This document shows positions 36,792 through 46,923 of a stretch of DNA of 49,627 bases, one piece after another. The position numbers were made by a program, and so were the translations under genes. Origin of the DNA: Verrucomicrobiia bacterium. GTDB taxonomy: Bacteria; Verrucomicrobiota; Verrucomicrobiia; Palsa-1439. The DNA lies in assembly GCA_049515295.1 (NCBI GenBank), contig JBEKUF010000004.1, positions 1 to 49,627 of the forward strand, given 5' to 3'. The stretch's first letter is position 1; each line of letters begins with the position of its first letter. The notes under the pieces were generated by a model, which saw nothing but the letters and a program-made list of their open reading frames with translations, made no database searches and was not told the origin of the DNA.

Positions 36792-39348
36792 ACTGGGCGA
36801 TTTTCTCCCGCCAGTCGTCGAGCGTCGCCTCGTCCACTCCCTCCTTATCCGTATACCGCGGTATTTTGCTGCGGACACCCTCCAGAAGATGTCGTGCCTC
36901 TTCGGCTGTCTTGCCGCTGTGCTCCTGAATCAGCTTCTCCAGCAGGAACAGGTAGCGGTAATCATCGATCCCCGCGCGCACTTCCTCATAGGCCACCGTC
37001 GTCACCGGGCCATCCGGCGACGGCAGAACCGCGCCACAGCCGGTGGACCAGGCATTCTCGTCCACACGGGCGAACGGGCTGTATGCCTGCGTCCACCATT
37101 CATAGTGCCATTCCCACCGCCCCGTCGCACCGTCCGCCCAGGGCAGAAAACCGAATGTGAACCGGTTCATCCCTGCGTTGTAGAGCCACAATTGTGGCTT
37201 CCCTGATCGAGTCGCCTCGAGAGTTCTCCGTGAATTCTCCGTCGGGTGCGTGGACACGACGTCCACCCAGCCAAGCAGCGGCAGATAGCTCTTCCCAAAC
37301 GAACTGTCTCCCGCCAATGTCACCATCGTCCGCAAACCGGCGGCACGATGCAGATCCAAATATCGCTTTGTGTCTTCGAAATCTCTGTTCCACGGATTCA
37401 GGGCCTGTTCTCGCGGCTCGTCGACCACGTACGCCAAGATCGGAAATGATTTGCGGTGAGTCCAATCCCGAAATGCGGCGAGTGACCGTTGATAAACCGG
37501 CAGGAATGGTTTGCTGAATTCCGCAGCGCCCATCACGTGTGACAGACGCCGCGCGATGCCCAGTGTCTCCACGGGAACCGGATGTCTGCCCACCAATCCT
37601 GCGCGGCCCGCCGCCGCCAAAAATTCGTCGGCTTGTGCGTTATCCAATGAGCCATCCGCGCGAACCACCGGACGGATCGCCGTCACACTGTTGAACCCGT
37701 GTTCAACCATGTCGCGGAACTCACGGTCGCGCATCGTCCGAATTTCCGCCGCCTTCCCGGGAAAGTGACCGAAGTAATAATTCAGATCGCGCGGCTCGTT
37801 GTAGTACCAGCCGTATGTCATGTCGAGTTGGTCGGAGGAAGGTAGTTCGAACGCCCAGATGTTCAACTCGACGGGAATCCCGGCGACCTCACCGTGATAA
37901 ACGCCCGGTACCGCCTGTTTGCCGACGTTTACGGTGAGAGCAAAGCGTTGCGCATGCGGATGGTTGGACAACGGTCCCAGTGTCGACTCTTCAATCCGGT
38001 AGATCCCCCGGGCAATCGGCCGCTCCGTGAGGCGGATGGCGCGGACTTCCGCTGTGCAGCCGGGAAACGAAGGCGCCAGACCCGGCGCTCCCGATTTCGG
38101 GCACGTAAAAAATGCCGACACTGTCTGACCGCGAGCCGCGTTGAGCGAGATTTTCTCGGCCGCAACTGGAATCTTGTACGGTTCCAGGTAAAAATAGCTG
38201 CTGTAGAACTCACGCTGCCGCTCCGAATGAATGCCGGCCAACCAGGAATCCGAAACGCCAATGGCGAGCCAGTAAACCGCCATCGTGTCGAATTGCAACC
38301 GAAGCTGCCCGTTCGTGACGACAATGGGAAATGTATATTCAGGATACCGTGGTAGAATCTCCTCCTTCCACACGTCCTTGCCTGGCCACCAGTCATGATC
38401 AATTCCGCGGAACAAAAACCTGTCCGTGAAAAAATTGATGGCGTCAACCGCCACACGCACCTTCTCCACGCCATTCGCCAACACTCGATAGGTTCGCGCG
38501 GGCACGTGCACCGCCCCATTCAGCAGGCTCTGACCGCAAACGACGACCTGCTGAGTGCCGTTGTGTACATCCACAGCGAACTCAGTGACGAAGTTCGCCG
38601 TCGGATCGCCACTGATGAAGTCGCGGCACAGCGAATCGGGTAATTCATCGTCAAACTCCCAGAGTCGGTCCGTTGGCAACCAGCCGTATCCACGCGCCTT
38701 GTTGTAACGATCCGCCGCGCTTACGCCGACGAATCCCTCCATGACCGGCGACCCTTTTGGCCCGAAATCGAAGGCCCGCACCGCGGCGGTGGTTGCTATC
38801 ACCGAGGTCTTTTCCAGCCGGAAATTGTCGAGAAACAGAACCGTCAGCGATGGAAGGTCCGAGGCGAAAATCAACAGTTGGCTGAGTTGGGACGGGTCGA
38901 GGTTACGCGAGCGGTCGCTGGTGTGAAGTCCGTGCACGGGGAGTTCGATGGTGTTCCTGCCCGGCCGCATCATGAACCCCTCGTTGTACCGCGAGGCAAA
39001 GTTGACGCTGTGCCAGTCGTCAACGCGGACCGTCAGACCAACGGGCCGCGACTGTGGGTTGAACACATCGAACCGCGCCACGTCGTACTCGTCCCAACCC
39101 GTCAACAAGCGGCTGCCGCGCGGTAGCGACAAACCGGGGTACTGGCCGGGCGAAAGCGTCAGTTGAAGCGAGAACCGTCCCTGGGTGGCGTTTTGTTCCG
39201 TGCGCACGGCTGAAGCTCCGTGCCATTCCCACTGGAGCAGGTCGGCCTCATCTTCGAATCCGGTGAGGAGCCTCACGTCGTTGGCCTGCGCCTGCCCCAG
39301 CCCTCCAAGCACCGATGCCGCAATCAACAGCCAAAATGCCGTTCGCAT
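36709..39348 (-). CDS. Secreted multidomain carbohydrate-active protein (CBM-like domains + putative glycoside hydrolase, DUF4091/GH123-like C-terminus)
   Basis: Signal peptide (AQA), AFDFGP..Y..ARGYGW module, VVDEP, EEVRAGIDDYRYL. Confidence 0.65.
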   Translation of the reverse strand: MRTAFWLLIAASVLGGLGQAQANDVRLLTGFEDEADLLQWEWHGASAVRTEQNATQGRFSLQLTLSPGQYPGLSLPRGSRLLTGWDEYDVARFDVFNPQSRPVGLTVRVDDWHSVNFASRYNEGFMMRPGRNTIELPVHGLHTSDRSRNLDPSQLSQLLIFASDLPSLTVLFLDNFRLEKTSVIATTAAVRAFDFGPKGSPVMEGFVGVSAADRYNKARGYGWLPTDRLWEFDDELPDSLCRDFISGDPTANFVTEFAVDVHNGTQQVVVCGQSLLNGAVHVPARTYRVLANGVEKVRVAVDAINFFTDRFLFRGIDHDWWPGKDVWKEEILPRYPEYTFPIVVTNGQLRLQFDTMAVYWLAIGVSDSWLAGIHSERQREFYSSYFYLEPYKIPVAAEKISLNAARGQTVSAFFTCPKSGAPGLAPSFPGCTAEVRAIRLTERPIARGIYRIEESTLGPLSNHPHAQRFALTVNVGKQAVPGVYHGEVAGIPVELNIWAFELPSSDQLDMTYGWYYNEPRDLNYYFGHFPGKAAEIRTMRDREFRDMVEHGFNSVTAIRPVVRADGSLDNAQADEFLAAAGRAGLVGRHPVPVETLGIARRLSHVMGAAEFSKPFLPVYQRSLAAFRDWTHRKSFPILAYVVDEPREQALNPWNRDFEDTKRYLDLHRAAGLRTMVTLAGDSSFGKSYLPLLGWVDVVSTHPTENSRRTLEATRSGKPQLWLYNAGMNRFTFGFLPWADGATGRWEWHYEWWTQAYSPFARVDENAWSTGCGAVLPSPDGPVTTVAYEEVRAGIDDYRYLFLLEKLIQEHSGKTAEEARHLLEGVRSKIPRYTDKEGVDEATLDDWREKIAQSIVALEGEAGRNRDTASDHSSGRPRQP

Positions 39349-39364
39349 CCGTCAGGGGTTTTAG

Positions 39365-39393
39365 TTGAATTACGCACCGAATTAAAGTATTAA
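39365..39393 (+). promoter_or_regulatory. Putative sigma70 promoter for ispH-glgP
   Basis: TTGAAT-17 bp-TATTAA in a 55-bp AT-rich divergent gap. Confidence 0.35.
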
Positions 39394-39403
39394 TGTGGGA
39401 TAG

Positions 39404-40660
39404 ATGAGTACCGCAAGCGTTGCAGAAGTGCCGAAACCGAAGCGAGTTAACCTGCGGCGGCCTGATATCATGGAGGCCGTTCGCGAACAGGTTGAGCTGC
39501 ATTATCGCAGCCAGATAGTCGAGAAGCTGCGCCAACGCGGCGGTGTGCTTGAAGCCGGCGGGCTGAAAGTCCGTTTGGCCAAGGAATTCGGTTTCTGCTA
39601 CGGGGTGGAGCGCGCCATCGACCTCGCGTACGCGGCGCGCAAAGTGTTTCCCAACCAGCCGATCTATATTCTGGGCGAAATCATTCACAATCCCGAGGTC
39701 AACGAGCAGCTGATTGCCATGGCCATCAAATTCCTCTCCGGGCCGATTAAAAGCGCCAATATCGACGACCTCAAGGAAGACGATGTCGTGATCATCCCGG
39801 CGTTCGGAGCGGAAGTCGCCACCATGAACAAGCTGAAAGCAAAGGGCTGTCAATTGGTGGACACGACCTGCGGCGACGTGATGAGCGTCTGGAAGCGTGT
39901 CACACAAAACGCCAACGAGCAATTCACGTCCATCATCCACGGCAAAGCCAAACACGAGGAGACCAAAGCCACCAGTTCGCGCGCCACCGCCAACCACGCG
40001 GGCCACTATGTCGTCGTGCTCAACATTGCCGAGACCGATTACGTCTGTAACTACATCCGTCATGGAGGGAACAAGGCGGAGTTCCTGGCAAAGTTTGGCG
40101 GTGCGCACTCGCCGGGCTTCGATCCGGACCAACATCTCACTTCCATTGGCGTGGCGAATCAAACCACCATGTTGCGCAGCGAGACCGAAGAGATTCAACG
40201 CCGATTGCGGCAGGCCATGGTGGACCGGTTCGGCGAACCGGAGCTCGACCGGCACTACCGCATGTTTGACACAATTTGCGGCGCCACGCAGGAGCGGCAG
40301 GATGCGCTGATCCGTCTGTTGCAGGAACCGCTCGACATGATGATCGTGGTGGGCGGATACAATTCCAGCAACACGTCACACCTCGCCGAAATGAGCGAAG
40401 AGCGCATGCCGACGTTATTTATCCGCAACGCGAGCAAGATTCTTTCGGACAAAGCGATCCTGCACTTCAACCTCCACAAACAGGAGGAAGTGCTTACCGA
40501 AAGCTGGCTGCCGGGCGGAAACATCTACGTGGGCATTACCGCGGGCGCATCCTGCCCGAACAATTTAATCGATGATACGGTCCGCCGACTTTTCAATCTG
40601 CGCGGTATCAACGTGGACGAGATGATTGCGGCCACAGAAGCCATAGCCCCGCACCCATGA
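39404..40660 (+). CDS. ispH: 4-hydroxy-3-methylbut-2-enyl diphosphate reductase
   Basis: GFCYGVERA, IIHNP, DTTCGDV, HEET, NQTT, TICGATQERQ, SSN, ITAGASCP. Confidence 0.96.
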   Translation: MSTASVAEVPKPKRVNLRRPDIMEAVREQVELHYRSQIVEKLRQRGGVLEAGGLKVRLAKEFGFCYGVERAIDLAYAARKVFPNQPIYILGEIIHNPEVNEQLIAMAIKFLSGPIKSANIDDLKEDDVVIIPAFGAEVATMNKLKAKGCQLVDTTCGDVMSVWKRVTQNANEQFTSIIHGKAKHEETKATSSRATANHAGHYVVVLNIAETDYVCNYIRHGGNKAEFLAKFGGAHSPGFDPDQHLTSIGVANQTTMLRSETEEIQRRLRQAMVDRFGEPELDRHYRMFDTICGATQERQDALIRLLQEPLDMMIVVGGYNSSNTSHLAEMSEERMPTLFIRNASKILSDKAILHFNLHKQEEVLTESWLPGGNIYVGITAGASCPNNLIDDTVRRLFNLRGINVDEMIAATEAIAPHP

Positions 40661-40731
40661 TCGCTGCACGGCCCTGCGCTGATTGCTTCTCGCATGGTAA
40701 ACCCGAACCCCCCTAGCATTCCTTATCGCTT

Positions 40732-42930
40732 ATGGATAAAGCTCCCTTGAAATTCCGTTCCACATCACTGGCCGACATCGAACTGCCCAAGGAAGTTTCC
40801 GGCCTGCGCGATCTCGCCTACAACCTGTGGTGGACATGGAACCCGCAAGCCCGACGAATGTTCGCGCACATCCAGCCCGGCTTGTGGGCAATCTATCGCA
40901 ATCCAGTTGAATTACTCATCAACATCGAACCTCACCACTGGGAAACCCTGCTTGAGGACGAAGTATTTCTCACCCTGTACAAGTCCGTGTTGCGCGAGTT
41001 CGACACGTACATGAAATCGCTCAATGACTCTTGGTTCGCCAAGAACCATCCCGGCTATCAGGGCGGACCGTTTGTGTATTTCTCAACTGAGTTCGGCTTC
41101 CACGAATGCCTGCGCATTTATTCCGGCGGCCTCGGTGTGCTATCGGGAGACCACTGCAAATCCGCCAGCAACCTGGGGATACCGTTCATTGGCATCGGTC
41201 CGCTCTACAAACACGGATACTTCGAACAGGAAGTCGAACCGGACGGGCGGCAGCAACATTTCTATCCGGTGTATGATTTCTCGCGCTTGCCCGTCCAACC
41301 CCTGCTGGATGACAATGGCCGCCATCTCACCGTGACCATCGATTTTCCCGACCGTCCCGTGTACGCGCGAGTGTGGCTCGCACAGGTCGGCCGCGTGCCC
41401 GTGTTGCTGCTCGACACGGACACGACCAAGAACGATTCCGCGGATCGCCCGATCACCGGCCAACTCTACGTCAGTGGCCGCGAGATGCGCATCTGCCAGG
41501 AAATCGTGATCGGCGTCGGCGGCGTGCGTGCCCTGCAGACGCTCGGCATCGAGCCGGCCTGCTGGCACATGAATGAGGGCCATTGCGCGTTCCTCGCTCT
41601 CGAACGCATCCGCAATTACGTCAAGGGTGGTGCGAGTTTTGCCGACGCGTGTAAAGAGGTCGCCAAGAATTCCATTTTTACGAGCCACACGCCGGTCCCC
41701 GCAGGCAACGAGGCGTTCGACGTCGAGTTGGTGCGCAAGTATTACAAGAACTATTGCAAGGAAATCGGCATTTCACTGGATCAATTGATCGATCTCGGGT
41801 TGTCCAGTCCCGGTCGGGGCCATCAGCCGTTCAGCCTCACCGTGCTCGCGATCCGTCTCTCCACTTTTTGCAACGGTGTCAGCCAGCTCCATGGCAAGGT
41901 CAGCAACGACATGTGGCGGCACGTCTACAAAGACCTGAAGCCGGGTCAGAACCCCATTCAGGCCATTACCAATGGCATTCATACGCAAACCTGGATGGGC
42001 TACCAAATCAGCGAGCTTTACGATAAGTATCTGACGCCCGCGTGGCGCAACAATCTCATGGACGAACTCTTCTGGAAACGCGGTGTCGCCAACATCCCCG
42101 ATAAGGAATTGTGGGACGTCCACAATCTTCAGAAGGAGAACCTCATCCGCTTTACTCGCGCGCGCGAGCGAGCCCATCTTGCCCGTCACGGAGCCTCCCC
42201 AGACGACCTGCGCGGAGTCGAGCAACTGCTCAATCCCGAGGCCATGACCATCGGGTTCGCGCGGCGGTTTGCCACCTACAAACGCGCCGACTTGTTATTC
42301 CGTGATTTCGATCGCTTGCGCTCGATCCTGACCAACCCCGAGCGCCCGGTGCAGGTCGTTTTCGCCGGCAAGGCGCACCCCGCGGACAAGCCCGGCCAGG
42401 AATTGATTCGACGCATCTTCGACATCTCGCGAAACACGGATTTGCATGGTCACATCGTATTCATCGAGAATTACAACATGCGTGTCGCCCGTATGCTGGT
42501 GCAAGGGGTCGACGTCTGGCTTAACAATCCGCGACGTCCCCACGAGGCCAGCGGCACGAGCGGTATGAAAGCCCCCGTCAATGGGGGAATCAATTTTTCC
42601 ATTGCCGACGGTTGGTGGTGCGAGGTGCAAAACCTGAATGCAGGCTGGACCATCGGGCACGGCGAAGAATTCGACAACCCGGACAAGCAGGACCGGGAGG
42701 ACAGCGAGTCGCTCTACGACATCTTGGAAGACAAGATCGTTCCGCTCTTCTACAAACGCGACGCCAACGGCCTGCCCGTCGGGTGGATCAAAATGATGAA
42801 GGCCTCTATCGCCACGGTCACACCGCGGTTCTCCACCGCGCGCATGGTCCGGGATTACACCGAACAGGCATACCTGCCCGCCGCCAAACGCGGCGGTGCG
42901 GTCACAACGGCTGCGGAACAGACATGGTAG
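40732..42930 (+). CDS. glgP: Alpha-glucan (glycogen) phosphorylase
   Basis: LAYNLWWTW, YSGGLGVL, HMNEGH, HTPVPAG, ARRFATYKR, EASGTSGMK (PLP lysine). Confidence 0.96.
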   Translation: MDKAPLKFRSTSLADIELPKEVSGLRDLAYNLWWTWNPQARRMFAHIQPGLWAIYRNPVELLINIEPHHWETLLEDEVFLTLYKSVLREFDTYMKSLNDSWFAKNHPGYQGGPFVYFSTEFGFHECLRIYSGGLGVLSGDHCKSASNLGIPFIGIGPLYKHGYFEQEVEPDGRQQHFYPVYDFSRLPVQPLLDDNGRHLTVTIDFPDRPVYARVWLAQVGRVPVLLLDTDTTKNDSADRPITGQLYVSGREMRICQEIVIGVGGVRALQTLGIEPACWHMNEGHCAFLALERIRNYVKGGASFADACKEVAKNSIFTSHTPVPAGNEAFDVELVRKYYKNYCKEIGISLDQLIDLGLSSPGRGHQPFSLTVLAIRLSTFCNGVSQLHGKVSNDMWRHVYKDLKPGQNPIQAITNGIHTQTWMGYQISELYDKYLTPAWRNNLMDELFWKRGVANIPDKELWDVHNLQKENLIRFTRARERAHLARHGASPDDLRGVEQLLNPEAMTIGFARRFATYKRADLLFRDFDRLRSILTNPERPVQVVFAGKAHPADKPGQELIRRIFDISRNTDLHGHIVFIENYNMRVARMLVQGVDVWLNNPRRPHEASGTSGMKAPVNGGINFSIADGWWCEVQNLNAGWTIGHGEEFDNPDKQDREDSESLYDILEDKIVPLFYKRDANGLPVGWIKMMKASIATVTPRFSTARMVRDYTEQAYLPAAKRGGAVTTAAEQTW

Positions 42931-44179
42931 AGTCCGTCGCTCGTCGGGAACCGCTGAACATTTCCCGGACGAAGAAGATTCCCAGCAACAGCAGTCCGTA
43001 GAGCGGAACGTAACTGACTGCAAACTCCAGCCAGGGGCTCTGCCAACTGGTCATTACATTTAGCATCACAAGCGCGACGACCAGAATCGCCGTCTGCCCC
43101 AATGTTGGTCGCTGGACAATCCGACTCACGGCAACCGCAGCTGGGAAAGCCAGGATCACAAAGTAATGGCCCCACGCTTCCGTGATCCCAGCCAGCATCG
43201 CCACGCTGAGCAAGCCAAACTCCAGATCAAGATCCACGTCCTTCTTCCCTCTCCCGATCCACCAACACAGACCGTAGGCCAGAACAATCAACGCGAGGCC
43301 GAGGACAATCCCAGCCGTCATCCAGCCCTCCAATCCATCCCACTCGGGACGGAAGCCGTGAACCAACCAGGCGGCATTCTTCACGAACGACGGCACCGTG
43401 AAATTGAAATGTCGTTGCTGCGTGGCCCACGCTTCCAGCACCGGCATGCCATTTGCCCAGAACTGTTTCCAGGATCCCCAACCCGTCGCCAACGCCACGC
43501 CGATGCTCCACACCACAGTCACCCCCAAGCATTTCCAGCGCCTGTTCCCGTTGGCTGAGGCGCGCCACAAACACCACGGTAACAACACCGCGGGGAAGAA
43601 CTTCATCCAGGCCGCCGTGGTAATCACCAGACAAGCCCGTTCTGGCTTCCCGTTTTGCAGGAGCTTGTACGCCACCAGAATCATCGTCGTGATAAGCAGT
43701 TGACATTGTGAGAAGAAAAAATGCCAATACACCGGTGCCGAGGCGATGATGGCACTGCACAGCAAACTCCGCGCGTGCACGGAAAGCGTTGAGGAAGTCG
43801 CCTGCCATACCTCCACCAGCACATAGCCCAAGCAGACGATCTCCAATAACGTCCACGCCCAAAACGCCACGCGCGCTGGTAACGCGGCAAATGGCGCGAA
43901 TATCCCGACCAGAAGAGGAGGATTGGTCGCCCTCGGAATCGCGGCGGCGTAACGGAATCCCCATCGGGCATACTCCGGTTCCAGCGGAGTCGAATAGACA
44001 TCCGCGCCTGACAGCAACAAACGACTCGAGATGTAGTAGTGGGCGAAGTCGTTACGGATGGCCCGCGACGGAAGAACCAGTGCCACATGCACAACCCCGA
44101 ACAACGCCAGTACCACCGCCAGCACGTCCAGCGTCCGGCGGTAACCGGTATTTTTCACGGTCTCAGCGTCTGGTTTCAA
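42902..44179 (-). CDS. Glycosyltransferase family 87 (DUF2029) membrane protein
   Basis: NDFAHYY, TNPP, SQ..L, KFFP, AWGHY; multi-TM. Start uncertain (TTG 44179 overlapping the upstream TGA, or GTG 44158). Confidence 0.8.
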   Translation of the reverse strand: MKPDAETVKNTGYRRTLDVLAVVLALFGVVHVALVLPSRAIRNDFAHYYISSRLLLSGADVYSTPLEPEYARWGFRYAAAIPRATNPPLLVGIFAPFAALPARVAFWAWTLLEIVCLGYVLVEVWQATSSTLSVHARSLLCSAIIASAPVYWHFFFSQCQLLITTMILVAYKLLQNGKPERACLVITTAAWMKFFPAVLLPWCLWRASANGNRRWKCLGVTVVWSIGVALATGWGSWKQFWANGMPVLEAWATQQRHFNFTVPSFVKNAAWLVHGFRPEWDGLEGWMTAGIVLGLALIVLAYGLCWWIGRGKKDVDLDLEFGLLSVAMLAGITEAWGHYFVILAFPAAVAVSRIVQRPTLGQTAILVVALVMLNVMTSWQSPWLEFAVSYVPLYGLLLLGIFFVREMFSGSRRATDSTMSVPQPL

Positions 44180-45114
44180 GGCTTGGAGGGGAAAGGCGCC
44201 AGCCAATAATCCTTCAGGAAGTACTTCCGCCACTGTTCGATCCCGCGTTGGCGGCCGGTCGCATCGCCGTCGGGGTCAAATGCCATCGTCTTGCCGGTGA
44301 GTGTCCGGAGCTTCTCGTTGGCTTCGCGTCGTTCCGAAAGATCGCTCGATGACAATCTCCTCACCAGCACGGCCATCCCTCTAAAATCAATAAACCGTCG
44401 ACTCACGCTGTTAAGATTCGACTCATTTTCTTCTCCGAAAGTCGTCGCGTTCTGTTCCAGCACCGATGCCACGTCGATGTCGTGGAGCAAGCATATCATC
44501 GCCAGTGAGTACAAACAGGAGTAACGAAACGTGCCATTATCGGTTGCCAGAAACAACTTCATGATCGGAACAATCTCTGACTCGCGGCCGCTTGTTCCCA
44601 ACGCCAGCACCGCTTGCTCCCGCACAACGGCTGTATCCGTCAACCGCGCGGTCAGCGTCGGCACCAGCCGTGGATCATCCACGAATCGCGCGGCATACGC
44701 GCCGGATCGTCGCACGCGCGGCTCCTCGTCATTAAGCGCCTCCAGTAGCACGGGCACGGCCAGATCGTTCTTCGCGCCGGCATCTTCATGGAACTCGGCT
44801 TTCTGCAGCGCGTTTCCCAAGACAATCAACATCAAATCCCGAGCACCTGCCGACAGCGTTTGGTCGCCAGCCTCTCGCACGCACGTCGGAACTGCCACTT
44901 CTCCCATGCCGGCCACCCAGGAAAGATCGAGCGTCGTGAGCGGACCGCGCAACAACGCGTCGAGCCGCGCCAGTTGGTTGCTCTGAGATGCTGTCGGCGG
45001 AGGGAACGACGCTTCGGGCTTGATCGGCGCCCGTAAAGGTTCCGTGGAGGGCAACCGCTTTGTGCTGCAGCCAACCAAGAGCGACACGCCGACGAACAGA
45101 GTGATGGCGTTCAT
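44176..45114 (-). CDS. HEAT-repeat lipoprotein
   Basis: Lipobox LVGC; HEAT repeats AVPVLLEALNDEEPRVRR and VREQAVLALG. Confidence 0.8.
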   Translation of the reverse strand: MNAITLFVGVSLLVGCSTKRLPSTEPLRAPIKPEASFPPPTASQSNQLARLDALLRGPLTTLDLSWVAGMGEVAVPTCVREAGDQTLSAGARDLMLIVLGNALQKAEFHEDAGAKNDLAVPVLLEALNDEEPRVRRSGAYAARFVDDPRLVPTLTARLTDTAVVREQAVLALGTSGRESEIVPIMKLFLATDNGTFRYSCLYSLAMICLLHDIDVASVLEQNATTFGEENESNLNSVSRRFIDFRGMAVLVRRLSSSDLSERREANEKLRTLTGKTMAFDPDGDATGRQRGIEQWRKYFLKDYWLAPFPSKP

Positions 45115-46004
45115 GAAACGCCGTGGAGCATTCGAGCGGCGCGCACCGTGTTGCGCATCAGCATGGCAATGGTCATCGGGCCGACACCTCCGGGCACCGG
45201 CGCAATAAGCGATGCCTTCTGAACCACGGCATCGAAGTCCACGTCGCCGACGATCTGGTACCCCCTTTCCGACCTGTCGTCCTCGACGCGATTAATCCCC
45301 ACGTCGATTACAACAGCGCCGGCGCGTACCATGTTGGCCTTCACGAATCGCGGCGCGCCGATTGCCGCAATCAAAATATCGGCCGACCGACAAATTTCCG
45401 CGAGGTTCTGGCTCCGTGAATGGCAAACGGTCACGGTTGCGTTCGCGTGCGCCGCCTTCTGCGATAGAATCAGTGAGATGGGGCGACCGACGATCCGGCT
45501 CCGCCCCAGCACCACAACGTGAGCCCCGTCGATTTTGACGCCGCTACGGACGAGAAGCTCGTGGATGCCGGCCGGCGTACACGGCACGAAGCCGGTCGTG
45601 TCCCCAATGGCGAGCTTGCCGATGTTCACCGGATGGAATCCGTCAACATCCTTGGCCGGATCGACGGCGGCAAAAGCCTTTTCTTCGGAGATCTGTGGAG
45701 GCAACGGCGACTGAACCAGGATGCCGTGAATATCCCGTTTCGAATTGAGGTCGTTGATGGAGACCAGCAGTTCGCTTTCGCGGGTGGACGCGGGAAGATT
45801 GACGCGCACCGAATGAAACCCAAGCCGCGCGGACATCTTGTCCTTCATCGACACATACACGGCGCTCGCGGGATTCTCACCGACCAGAATCACCGCCAAG
45901 CCGGGAGTAACGCGATCCTGGTTCTTCAGGCGCGTGATTTCGACAGCGGTTTCGGCGTTGATCTGCTCCGCGATGGCCTTGCCGTCAATGATTGTCGCAG
46001 GCAT
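45111..46004 (-). CDS. folD: Bifunctional methylenetetrahydrofolate dehydrogenase/cyclohydrolase
   Basis: IIDGKAIA, KDVDGFHP, PCTPAG, GRSRIVGRP, PVPGGVGPMT. Confidence 0.97.
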   Translation of the reverse strand: MPATIIDGKAIAEQINAETAVEITRLKNQDRVTPGLAVILVGENPASAVYVSMKDKMSARLGFHSVRVNLPASTRESELLVSINDLNSKRDIHGILVQSPLPPQISEEKAFAAVDPAKDVDGFHPVNIGKLAIGDTTGFVPCTPAGIHELLVRSGVKIDGAHVVVLGRSRIVGRPISLILSQKAAHANATVTVCHSRSQNLAEICRSADILIAAIGAPRFVKANMVRAGAVVIDVGINRVEDDRSERGYQIVGDVDFDAVVQKASLIAPVPGGVGPMTIAMLMRNTVRAARMLHGVS

Positions 46005-46014
46005 CGCGCCACGA

Positions 46015-46923
46015 CTACCAAATCATGTCGATCCGTTCCACGGTGATGACCGGGTAGCGGTCACCTTTATGCCAGCGCTGGGTCCCCACGATGCGGACAT
46101 GCTTGCTGCTGTACTTTTTCAAATCTAGGCCGGGGGCCTCCAAATAGGCTACGCGAAAGCTCAACCGGTCCACCTCCGGAGTGCGCAGTTCAAAGGACGC
46201 GGGCGCGTTCGATTCGGTCACAGACGCCAGGTACCCGTCTTTGACGGCGTAGGTCACCAGCACGTCCGGGTCTGTGTTGACGACGCTTACCGACGGCCCA
46301 ACCGGTGCCGTAACGGGCGGCGTTACAATCTCGCCTGAGTTCGCAGACTGGGCGGGCTGGGGCGCGGCGATCGCAGCCGGCGCCACCTCCACGTCCACCA
46401 ATTCGGCAGCGATCCAACCACTACAATCCGTGGTCGGCTTGATCTGCGCCCACTCGCCCTTCTTCTGGACGATCTCCACCTTTGCGCCCTTCGGCAACTT
46501 GCCAACCTCGCGGTAGCTGGCCCCGGGGCCGCAGCGCACGTTCAGATTGTCGACATCCACGGCACCGTCCACCACATGCTTGGCGCTGACGTAGCACTTG
46601 GCTGTTTCCGGTAACGCGATCCTCAACCAGTCCATCATCTTCTCGTGTTCGTTCACCGTCTTGTGTTCGAGCACGTCCACAGCCTCGCCCTTGTGAAGTT
46701 GGGCGACGACCTCGGAATGCAGGCTTGGGCGGGAGCGGACATTGCTGTGTTCGCCCTTCACCGTGCCACGGGTCGCCGCACTTACCGGAGCGGCTTGCGC
46801 TACCGCGACTGCCCCGGAATCGGCGCGGCTGAGCGCTACGCCCCCTCCTGCGGCGCACGCAAGCGCCACGCTAAGGACAAAAAGCTGCCGGTGAGAATTG
46901 CATAAGCTTGTACACTTCTTCAT
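46015..46923 (-). CDS. Secreted protein with two bacterial SH3 domains
   Basis: Signal peptide; NVRSRPSLHSEVVAQL and LNVRCGPGASY..GWIAA. Confidence 0.85.
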   Translation of the reverse strand: MKKCTSLCNSHRQLFVLSVALACAAGGGVALSRADSGAVAVAQAAPVSAATRGTVKGEHSNVRSRPSLHSEVVAQLHKGEAVDVLEHKTVNEHEKMMDWLRIALPETAKCYVSAKHVVDGAVDVDNLNVRCGPGASYREVGKLPKGAKVEIVQKKGEWAQIKPTTDCSGWIAAELVDVEVAPAAIAAPQPAQSANSGEIVTPPVTAPVGPSVSVVNTDPDVLVTYAVKDGYLASVTESNAPASFELRTPEVDRLSFRVAYLEAPGLDLKKYSSKHVRIVGTQRWHKGDRYPVITVERIDMIW

